From Basidiobolus ranarum (taxonomy: Eukaryota): a stretch of 33,497 bases of DNA. The notes under the pieces are model-generated. The model was not told the origin of the DNA. It searched no databases and was given only the letters and a program-made list of their open reading frames with translations. Both the position numbers and the translations under genes were made by a program. Positions 22,904 to 33,497 of this stretch are shown here, piece by piece (the stretch's first letter is position 1; every line of letters begins with the position of its first letter). The DNA is taken from positions 1-33,497 of the forward strand of contig JASJQH010006950.1 in assembly GCA_040143965.1 (NCBI GenBank), read 5' to 3'.

Positions 22904-24548
22904 ATGCGTCTGTTGTATTCTTTATTGACTTTGGTACCTTGTTGTTTGCTTGTCTCCGCAAAATCATTATCTGGAAACAAGGTTTTGGTAGTGTTAGATG
23001 ATATTGCTACCAAAGATCAATACTCCATTTTTTTCAATTCTTTAACTGGTAAACACCCATATACATTTATCAATATATGCCCATTTCCTTACGTTTCTGT
23101 TTTTCAGACCGCGGTTTTAGCTTGACATTTAACGGGGCCACCGACTCTTCGTTAAGCCTGATTCAGTATGATGAACGTAGCTTTGATCACCTTGTGTTAT
23201 TCTCTCCAGACACTAAAAGTAGTATTTTGTGTTTTTATATCTTCTCGTACCAGAGCACTAACCGCTGTACTCAATAACTTTTGTTAGAATATGGAGGCTC
23301 ACTGACAGCTGCTACTTTGGTCGATTTTACCAACAAAGGAGGAAACGTTTTGGTAGCAAGTAGTTCTAATGTAAGCCCGGTGATACAGCAATTTGCTGCC
23401 CAAGTGGGTATTGATTTTGATGACCAAGGAACAAGTGTTATTGATCACTTTCAATACAACGACACCTCGGCACATACAGTGATTGCTTCCAACCATTTCA
23501 CCCCATTGACAGCCATTCTCAGCCCTAACGTTAGACAAGGAGCACCTGTTCTATTCAACGGTGTCGGTCATCTTACTTCTCCCCATCTCTACACCACAGC
23601 AATTTTGAAGGCTGGTCCCACCGCCTACTCGTATGAAACTAAGGAAAATGTGATTGTTGACGATGATATTACATTGATTGGAAGTGAAATCGCTTTAGTC
23701 AGCTCTCATCAAGCGCTCAATAACGCAAGAGTCACTTTCTCCGGATCTCTTGATTTGTTCAGTGATAGGTTGGTCAAGCAAATAATGCCTTTCGTGATCC
23801 TATTAAACTTATGAACCTTACAAATAGATTCGCTACTTCTCCAGTTAAGGTCCATGGTTCTGAGCAAAAGTATTCATCATTCATCCGAGATTAATCCATC
23901 AAAGACGTTATTAAGCCAAGTTTCTCTTTTAGATATGTTAAATCTGGTAATGAAGCTTTCTTCAACGAATTAAGCCAATGGACTTTCCAAGAAAAAGGAG
24001 TCCTCAAAGCTGTCAATGTTAAACACCATAAGGTTGGAGAAGAAGAGTTCCCTGGCTGGTACAGAATCAATGACCAAATCGTAAGTCGATAAAATTCATA
24101 ACGCAGGAGTATTTCGTAAAATTAATCGGATTCTTGTCAGGTTTACGAAATTGAACTTTCGGAATACTTCAATGATCAATGGCATCCATATGTGGCCCCA
24201 GATGTTCAACTTGAGGCCATTATGTTGGATCCCTATGTTCGTGTCACATTGAATCAAACCCAAAATCAGTCTCCTAGCAGCACTAAATACGTCGGACTCG
24301 TGGGACTCCCAGATGTCTATGGCGTGTACACCCTTCAAGTCAATTACAAGAGACATGGTTTATCTTACGTGGTAGAGAAAGATGTGGTACCAATTAGACC
24401 ATATCGCCACAATGAATACCCTAGATTTTTGACCGTAGCATATCCTTACTATGCTAGCTCTGGTTCCATGCTTGTTGGATTCATTGTGTTCTCCGCTGTC
24501 TGGCTTTACAATCGTGATGCTGGAGCACCCAAAAAGAAAACCAACTGA
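22904..24548 (+). CDS. WBP1: Oligosaccharyltransferase subunit Wbp1/OST48 (6 exons)
   Basis: Signal peptide; YSIFFNSLT|DRGF; GGNVLVA; QALNNARVTFSGSLDLFSD; WTFQEKGVL; MLDPYVR; LPDVYGVY; RHNEYPRF..AYPYY; TM and a KKTN dilysine ER-retrieval tail. Confidence 0.96.
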
Positions 24549-24839
24549 TATGCACCTTTATGCTTGTATTTGATCTCTGTATCATCATTTTCCTTTCTAT
24601 TTAAAATGATTTTAATAAAATTCCATGTCTCGGTTAGTCCCTCTTCGGATACAGTGAGTGTATGATGAAGTAAGCTTTAAAATCAATCATGCGTTCATTA
24701 CCACCTATAAGATCAATCGTATGTTCAAACCCAATCCTTTTATTACCACCTGCTTTCATCCGATTGTTGGTATGTCAAGGGGGTATTCGTCTTAGTTGGA
24801 TCAATAGAAAACAATGGGTGGTTGAAAAAGGGAACAAGT

Positions 24840-26078
24840 TCATTTGGGAATGGGTGAGAAGATCCTCTTTGGTTTGTAAAAAACATCGGATGCTATGGGG
24901 GGATTTTCAGATTCCTTCATGACGGGTGTAGTGCAAGTGGCTGGTTTGGTTAGTATGGCGTGGATGTGTTCGGTAATTAAATTTACAGCTACGGTGTTTT
25001 CGAACCCTCTTGGCATAATAATATCTGCACTTTTTTTGGTCTGTGGAGGATTGTTCGTTAGGACAGGAATAGAGATGAAATGAGTTGAGGTGGGATGTTC
25101 AATTACCGGGAAAATAAATTGCTCGAATGTTGGTTTACGAACATGTGTGTATCTCAGAATCACGTGTTCAATATTCCCATCTTTCTTTTGTAACTCTTTG
25201 TTGACTAGGTAAAAGAAAGGTCACTCAGATGGAGGGTTTCAATGGGTTGTTCATACAATTAAATTCACCTAAGTTTGTTAGTCTGGTATCCGCATCTACA
25301 TCGGCAAATATCTTCATCGATAGTGATTGTTGTACTTTTGAACTGAAGAGAACCAGACAACCTTCCAAGATAATCACATCAGGTAGTGGATCAGTCCAAC
25401 TTTCAGATTGAGGACATCTAGGGAATTTGATTAGATTGAATTCAACCAAAATGATATTGGCATTGTTACTGAAATTATCTACCTTTTCCAGTTGGCGAAG
25501 TCGTAGATCGGTAAATTCACCGAATTCCCTTCACGGAGTTCAGAAAGAATAGTCACTAGTAGGTCGAAGTCATACGCATCTAGATTCATTCCATTTTTAT
25601 GTTTATCAAAGATAATTCTAAATTTTAATCCTAAGTCTTCCCCGTAACTAACCTGGATGCTCAAGGTTCATATTCCCTTGTTTAGCGGCATCCAAATCTT
25701 CCCCTTCAAACTCTCTTAGAAATCGAACCAAACTCAAAACGGCGACCTTTTGTATTTGAGAGTGTTCATGAAGCTGTAAACGTTCGATAACCATGTTGCA
25801 TACTTTAGTCTAAATAGCCAACCAAAAGAAACTCAATTACTAAATGAGTTTAGATAACCTAATCCGCGGTGCTTTCGTCCCCTTCTAAACTCTTCCTAAT
25901 GTTCTAACGTACTTACCTTACCAGCCCCTGGACCGCCAGCTACTCCAATGATGAAAGGCACTTTGTTAGCATGGCTTGAACTGATCTGACTGTCAGACAG
26001 TGAGATAACGTCCGAGTTGGAAGTAGGCGAGAAAGGACGTAAACTCGGTGAGCGATAGACATTTAAGCTGGAGAACAT
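24840..26078 (-). CDS. Uridine-cytidine-kinase-like protein with degenerate active site and no UPRT domain (6 exons)
   Basis: PFIIGVAGGPGAGK|T, EHP|DAYDFDLL, LPIYDF, DVIILEG, MKIFADVDADTRL, KPTFEQFIFP|TKKSADIIMPRG.ENTVAVNLI. Reading frame intact across all exons. Confidence 0.88.
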
Positions 26079-26635
26079 GTTGGTAATATAGAGTGATAAA
26101 GAGTGAACAGTAAATCAATGATATCGCTTTCTCTCAATGGATTAACAGTCCAATATCGTTCACAATTAATACTCGTAATTGGTGAACTTACTTGCTTGAA
26201 CTCCTCACCAACTTACTGCTCCTCCTTCACATCCCCTCATCTCTATGGTTAATCCAAGCCACCTGATCATCCATAAATCCAATCAGCAATTATCACACCT
26301 ATCATGCTAGTCACACGTAAATAGGCTGTGAATTAGAGAGTACGTCATGAAGTCACAAACACTGGTAAGCTAAACCTGTTTACCACAACTCAATGGAATA
26401 TAGAATTTGGATTTATTTGAGGAGCGAAAGATGGATTGCATACAGATGTCTAGTAAACATCTCTAGTAGGTACAAAATGAGATGGATCCAATGTTGTAAT
26501 TGCACTGACTCTGCTAGCTTCAAATGTACAACAAATAAACTGATCAACATGGTCTATATAGGGATTGAGAGCTTCAGCATCAAGACTTGGCCATGGTTAC
26601 TAATAAATATATAGGAAACCAATTCTAGTCACATT

Positions 26636-28643
26636 TCAATCTGTACGGGCGCCTCCTTTAATGTTAGTGAGGAAAGGTTTTAAATGTCGATTGTCGAAGG
26701 AAGTGAACCAGTGATTATCGTAGCGTGATGCAGATGTCAGTATGTGAGGCTTTTCTTCACTGAGGAGAGCCTCTTCCTCTATCCAAACAGTTGAAGAGTC
26801 CTTTTGACGCTGACTAACAGGTCGCTTCTTTCGGTTGTCTCGCTTTACAACATGGTTTGAAGGAAGGCGGGTCTCGTTCTCGGAGCTTTCGTCATCAGAA
26901 TCTTCCACCCCAGTAGCAATGTCGAGTCTGTTAAGCATGTATGGAGTGGAGCCGCCAAATACAATAACACTAACAACCACCACCATAAGGGTAGTCGTGC
27001 GAACTACTGCTCCGCCATAATCCATCATCCCAATGGCCAATACAAAGGAAACGGCACCCCGTAATCCAGCCCAAAACAAGACGAACTGATGCTTCTCAAT
27101 GATAGCTTCCCCTGGCCGTTTGAAAAAGTGTTTGGAGCCAAGATTGATAAGTTTGGAATAACCAAAGATGGCGCAATAACGTGCAATACACATAACAATC
27201 TAATCAGAGAACAGGTGGAACTTAGTATACGTTCGTAGCTGGTAAAGATAAACTTCACTTACTACGATGGCAACAATAAAGAAAGGCTGATAGATGTCAT
27301 CCACATTTGTGAACATAGTAACACCAAGATAAATGAAAATGAAATTCTCCGCTAATTTGCATAGTATGTGAAACATGTATTTGGTGGAACGTTGACATCT
27401 CACTGACATGTTGTCATAGGCGTAGTGTTTCATGGCAATGCCGGTAAACAGCAACGAAACGATTCCTAACATATAGAGAATGTGTAAACGTCAAATTGAC
27501 AGCAGTCATCCACAAGTGACCATACCTGACACCTCTAAAGCATTTGCTAGGAAATACGATCCATATGCCATTATAGTGACTAGGGCAGACTCAATCTCCG
27601 GGAATCGATGAAGTTGAGAATGCTTCAACATGAGTGCACAAGCCATACCAACCACCACTCCAATCACCATAGAAGAACTAAAGCTCACGATAAAGGTACC
27701 AATCCCCAAAATGACATTGGAAAGATGCAGATCAGAGTCATGATACTTGCGTAGAGTTCTAAATAACATTAAACACAATCGGAGATTGAGTTAGCTTCCA
27801 CAGTGGCTTGGCAGTGCAAGAGGGAATCTCTCAGGTACTTACTCATACAACACTATGGATACCGCATCATTCAAGATACTTTCTCCGAATATGATTGAAT
27901 ACAGCTTAGGATCCACTTTCAATTGCGAGAAAATGGCTAACACAGTGACCGGGTCGGTGGAAGACAGAACCGAGCCAAACATAAAACATTCGTTTAAGGT
28001 AAGATTGACTACCTCCGGACCGATAAGTGTTATAATGTAAGTAAAAGCACTAGGAGCATATTTCGAGTTGGATAGTTAGTGTCATGTGCTTATACACTCC
28101 GTTCAAAACATCTCTTACCCAATAACTAGGGCGGTAGTGAACGTTCCCAGAAGTGCAAAAACTAGTATTGTTCCTATATGCCGAAAGAATCGATACTGAT
28201 ATATAGTATATGTTATCGATTGCATTTCATGCCGCAATTTTACAATTGAAAATACTAACCCTTTTCAATTCGTATCCGGAATTCAAAATTATAGGAGGAA
28301 GAATAAGATTTAGGAAAAAGGCGGAATCAAAAGTCATCAGGTTTTGGACATTCGAGTCGGGAGAAATTCTGATTATAAAACCCACGAACATGCCTATATA
28401 ATGAACGGTTAAAAGAGTTCTTTCACAAGCTACCGGTGTATTCTGAGCCACTTGTAGTAAGGACTACTTACCAACAAAAATGGAAACGACTGACTCATGT
28501 AGGAAATGAACTTTATACAGTTTCATCTGATAGCTTATCCATAAGATGAGAAACAAAAGTGATAAGAATATCAGAATAGCCCAACTGGAGTAAAATTCGT
28601 CGTCGAGAGGCGATGCATGTTCTATCACCGTATTGTCGACCAT
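26636..28643 (-). CDS. NHX1: Endosomal Na+(K+)/H+ exchanger, Nhx1/NHE6-9 type, paralogue A (7 exons)
   Basis: [111 protein letters not shown]. Confidence 0.94.
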
Positions 28644-29642
28644 ATATCTTTAGTTGGATTGAGCTTTGGGTTACAAGTTTCGATCACAAAGAAGAAACGG
28701 ACAAAAAGATAACACTTCGACTACTCAACAGGTGAGCTCAGCAAAACAAAAACAATACAACTGTACGAACTGAGTTACCAGTAGTGGGTTCAAGTGAACT
28801 ATGTTTTCGAAAAGAAATAGCATGGCGTAGATTAATCGCGTATGGAATTTGTTGACATCATTTCATATACCCATATACCCACATACCCCGCACCGAACAA
28901 AGGTATTGGGCTAATTAATTATATTATTACTCATTGAAGATAAGCCAAATCTAGAATAGGATGTTGTTTAGAAGTCACACCTGCCAATCAGTCATGAAAA
29001 TGCTTGTTGAAGCGACTTTATTAGTTAGTCAAGTTCATAGAACCATCACGTGATTAGATCGCAATTGTGTATAACACAATAGTTGATAATCGTACTTTTA
29101 CTCGTACCTGTACCCGTACCCCTACTTAAGGCAGCAATTGCTGAAAATCAGTTTTAAGCTTATCTCAGAGCTAACCTATCATAGAATGCTGTATTTGAAG
29201 TGGCAACATCTATGGAACTGCTAGCCAAGACCCTCAGTTTATTGTCATGTAGAGTAGATAGTTGAATTGATTGACACGAGCCTCTCTCTCTCTGTACCTC
29301 AGCCCAACTTCATATCTGTCTATCTCAGCTATCTGCTTGTGCATCATTTTCATCCCATGAATGGACATACTGTGACACCAAGAAATTCCATCAATTATTG
29401 GTCAAACCACCACTCCCTATTCTACATTGACAGCCTTCAGCACTATTATTACGGCTCTTATTATACGGCTCTACCCTAGTTACCAAGGATCAATTTCACG
29501 TGCCTGAAAGATTGGTTCGTTTCGAGGTAAGAGTAAAGATAAGGATTGAATTGGATAGTATGTCTAATCAACTGTCCTATTTCGGGGGCTTTTCATATGT
29601 CTGGTGGCAGTATAAAAGTCTTACGTAGTAAGAGTCAAATCC

Positions 29643-29788
29643 ACTGATGAACAGTGTGTCGATTACTTGACAGTTCTTGTAAAACTGATGAAAAGTATGT
29701 CGATTGCTTGTTGCTCATAAAACGGATGAGGTATTACTTTCACCTACTTCCATTTGTTGGGTGTCGATTTCTATTTGTGCGCTCATAA
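29643..29788. repeat. Degenerate direct repeat of about 40 bp (2 clear units plus a split third) near the middle of the NHX1 intergenic region
   Basis: ACTGATGAACAGTGTGTCGATTACTTG (29643) vs ACTGATGAAAAGTATGTCGATTGCTTG (29684), 24/27 identical; remnants ACGGATGA (29722), GTGTCGATT (29761) and GCTCATAA (29781). Confidence 0.75.
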
Positions 29789-30555
29789 GCATTTTATTTC
29801 TCACCTAGGGTTGATACGCTCCGGAGATGGCTATTGTATTGTCAGTATTTGATTACAACATTTGAAGGCAAAGAATCCGTGTCCTCAAAAATCATCTGTA
29901 CAATAAAAAATCCTATAAATCTTGGTGTAAAGCCCATTAATTACTGCTATGAGCTGTGTGTAATTGGCCATATGTAAATATGGGGGGAGGCTATAAGTGA
30001 AACTACGCTGCTTGTGAAATGTATATATGACTTAATCATTCACAAGAACTCGCTAGTTACTGCTTTTGCACTACTCAATCTTCTATAATATTTCAGCTAT
30101 TCTATTACTTCCGCATATTGGTGGTGAGTAGGGAGCGCCTAGAGTAAAAAACCTGAGATGTGAGTGGAAAAAGGTTGGAATTTGTAACTTATTCTGCTTA
30201 CTTAATGATCACTTCATCTCAATCCGTTTTTACTAGTACAGCCTAAATTGTCATTATGCAAGTTCAAGAAATTCTATAATCACACGAAATATCGAGAAAC
30301 ACGAGACAATTGTGTTGCCATCAGAAACATGGATTTTGTAGATAACAAATTGCATCCTAGTGTTTGGGTCAGTACTTGTAAATCATCCTCATTCAACTCG
30401 TCTTACCCAGATTTGTCTCATTCCCTATCCTGCTTGAGTTTTATCTATGACGTCAGAAATCAATAACCAACAATCCCTTCCTCTCCTCCTCAAAGACAAG
30501 TCTAACTTTGTAATACCTAATACAAATAGACCTTTTCTTCCAATACCTCCATCAC

Positions 30556-32702
30556 ATGCCTGAAAATAGCGAACACCAGGCGCCACTCGAGGATGAGTTC
30601 TACTCAAGCTGGGCTCTTCTAATATATTTATCCCTAATGTTGCTAATCCTATGGATTAGTTATTTTTTGAAGAGAAAACAGATCCGAATGATACATGAAT
30701 CGGTGGTCTCTATATTTGTAGGCAAGTCAATTCTGTGCAAGTTTATTGAAGCGATAGATATCATCGATTAAACATTCATTCTATTAAAGGGATGCTTGTG
30801 GGACTTGTTATACGGTTTGGCCCTACTTCAACTTTAAGGAACCTAATGACCTTTGATTCTGGTTTCTTTTTGAACATGATTTTACCTCCGATCATATTGA
30901 ATTCTGGTTATGAATTAAAACGTGTACGTGTTGAACTTTCAATCTGAATTCGAAGATCTGGCTAAAGCATTCTCCGTACTTTTTAGAATAGATTCTTCAG
31001 GCATATCGGAACCATACTGATTTTTGCGTTACTGGGTACTTTTACTACCGCGTTGGTGATTGGGTAAATATGGCTATTAAAGGAGAATTTATTTCTTTAC
31101 TAACTTTCCTTTATTTTCAGAGGGTTTACCTATTTAATAACTCTGACTGGGATCGAGAACATCGTGCTGTCGTTAAATGAATGTTTGATGTTTGGCTCAG
31201 TCCTCTCTGCCACTGATCCAGTCACAGTACTTGCAATATTTTCGCAGCTTAAAGTTGATCCAAAATTATTTACTCTTATTTTTGGAGAGAGTATAATGAA
31301 CGATGCAGTTTCTATCGTCCTATTTGAGTAAGCATGGAATGGTCCTCAATAGTTCCTGTGACCCATTATGTTTTACTAATGTACCGTGCAATTTCTCTCA
31401 ATCGATGTAGAACTTTGAGAAAGTATCATGGCTCGGAGATGTACTTCTCAAATGTACTCCTCGGTATCGGAACTTTCTTCTTCATATTTATAAGCTCTCT
31501 ACTGGTCGGGGTTGGAGTAGGCATGTTATGCGCTCTAAAATTGAAATATACCGAATTACGTAGATACCCAGCCACCGAATCGTGTGTAGTCTTCATTATG
31601 GCCTACGGTTCTTATTTTTTGGCTAACGGGATTGAGATATCTGGTTTGTACCTTTTCTACGATCTACTTACGTGCTATCTAAGCTAATACACAAATCTTA
31701 ATTGATGTATTAGGGATCGTTTCCTTGCTATTCACCGGGATTAGCTTGAAGCATTACGCATACGATAACATGTCGATTAAAACTCGGCGTACCACTAAAT
31801 ATATATTCCATATACTTTGTCAATTAGCCGAAAATTTCATCTTCATCTACCTTGGAGTATCCATGTTTACCCATGAAGACGATGTTTACAAGCCATTCTT
31901 TATCATCTGTACAGTGGTAAAGTGACCTTTTCTTTAAAAGGGCCATTCTTTTAGTTTCGTACTAATCGAGGAATCATTTTTTACCTCCTTCTACTTGATA
32001 TAGATCATCATGTGTATCGCTAGATACTTCGCCATATTTCCGTACTCTAGAATTATCAATTTCGGTTCTCAACACTTCTTTAAGAGACCAGGCCAAGCTA
32101 TAACAAAAAGTCACCAATTTATGCTATTTTGGGCTGGCCTCAGAGGGGCAGTTTCTGTTGTATTAGCCATTGGAATGGTGGAGTATGGGGGAACAGTAGT
32201 GAGAACTACAACAATTGTAGTAGTCATAGTGAGTGTCGTATTATTTGGAGGTACTACGCCACTTATGTTAGATAAACTAGGAATCAGCACTGGAGTAGAG
32301 GATGATGCAGAAGATGAAAGCTCGGATGAAGATTTCGAACAGCCCATGATGTACTATGAGAGAAGAGGTCGTAAGAATAGAAACAGGCCACGGTCAAACC
32401 CTTCTAATAATACGACTTGGTTTGAAGATGACGAAGAGGAATTCTTTGAAGAAGATTCTTTGTTAGATGAAGAAAGAGAGCCATCACCGCCACCAGCGCC
32501 CCAGGACAACCATTGGTTTACATCCTTTGATAATCGTACATTAAAACCATTCCTAACTCGTCCAGGTGAGTTATCACTACCTAGAGATGTAGAAAGACCT
32601 GCGAGCCCCAACATACACGTTGACGACGGAGGTGAAGGGTATGGTCTTGTTGGATTGAGTCGACAAAATACATTTAGAAGAACCAGAACTCGTGGAAATT
32701 AA
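30556..32702 (+). CDS. NHX1: Endosomal Na+(K+)/H+ exchanger, Nhx1/NHE6-9 type, paralogue B (7 exons; intron 1 is GC-AG)
   Basis: [89 protein letters not shown]. Same six intron positions as paralogue A. Confidence 0.94.
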
Positions 32703-33497
32703 ATTTATTATGCAACCGTTAAATCTACTGAAATTTAGAATGGAGGGGCAAAAGAGATAACTGAAAATCAAGCCCTAGCTTACATAAGAGTGCTATTCAT
32801 TTGACTACTTGTATAACTATAAACAGTATCATATTACCGACCTTTTCCTTCACCTACACCAGAGTTTGAGTAGATTTGAATGCTCTTTTGCAAACCTTGT
32901 TCTCAGCGTATGTATAATAAAATAAATGCAAGCCACAGCTGCTCACTATAAAAAGAAATCGAACAGGTATTATAGATCTATAATGCGCTGGGCCAAGTAA
33001 GGTTAGCTTGGTTCAATATAGAAGCAAACAAACTCCTTTTATTTCATCTATTCACGTGGGAATGTATGCATGCAATGCTATCCAAAATTATCTATTTCTT
33101 CTAATAACCACATCATTCAATGGAAGATCTGAATCTAGTTTTAAACTTGTAAATCGCGTATAAGTAAACAGAATTTGATGGACATGAAGTTATTTATTGG
33201 AAGTACTCAACAATAACCATCTTTATTGCGACACATCTAATTATAAAGCCTTTTCCCACTACTGATAATCATAAAGAGTAAAGTATATTAGTTACTATTT
33301 GATTGGCCAAGCAATTGTCAAGATGAAACCAATAGCCTAAGGCAACAGTGATATATTTCTAGGAGATTGGTAGCCGTTTTAAACTCGCCAGGCCATCGTC
33401 GGTTTGGGAAGCAAGCATCTTTAAATTGTACTTTGATGTTTATGCTGTTGTTATATTTTATGGATTAATACACCAAGTAACGAATAACTGAGATTAG

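Noticed and set aside
29644..29700. Hammerhead ribozyme (CTGATGA...GAAA)
   Set aside because: Stems I-III and the cleavage triplet could not be assembled; better explained as a tandem repeat.
28644..30555. Short ORFs (29267-29479, 30248-30466, 30425-30607) or a transposon in the NHX1 intergenic region
   Set aside because: Non-ATG starts or antisense overlap, no motifs, and no terminal repeats or transposase remnants recognised.

Overview
AT-rich, gene-dense, intron-rich eukaryotic DNA, most likely from an early-diverging fungus (Mucoromycota/Zoopagomycota-like). That taxon is inferred from the short introns (mostly about 55-110 nt), degenerate splice sites and protein families. I reconstructed 17 protein-coding genes by hand, in order: TLG2/syntaxin-16 (-), NADH-cytochrome b5 reductase (+), NAC-alpha (-), UPS2/PRELI (+), phosphopantetheine adenylyltransferase (+), NOT4 (-), a DUF3245-like basic protein (-), IND1/NUBPL (+), a universal stress protein (+), an uncharacterised membrane/coiled-coil protein (+), a flavocytochrome b2 (-), Ap4A phosphorylase (-), SAGA ADA1 (+), WBP1/OST48 (+), a uridine-kinase-like protein (-), and a head-to-head pair of NHX1-type Na+(K+)/H+ exchangers. 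I recognised no rRNA, tRNA, snRNA, transposase or CRISPR array. The window is mostly housekeeping genes and I see no evidence for a new multi-gene system. The best leads are a uridine-kinase homologue that keeps its P-loop but has lost the catalytic Asp and most nucleoside-binding residues, a flavocytochrome b2 with no mitochondrial presequence and a C-terminal SKL, the divergent NHX1 duplicates, a hairpin-dense intergenic tract upstream of the flavocytochrome b2 gene, and two GC-AG introns. Exon boundaries and residue comparisons were made by eye from recalled family consensus; no searches were run.
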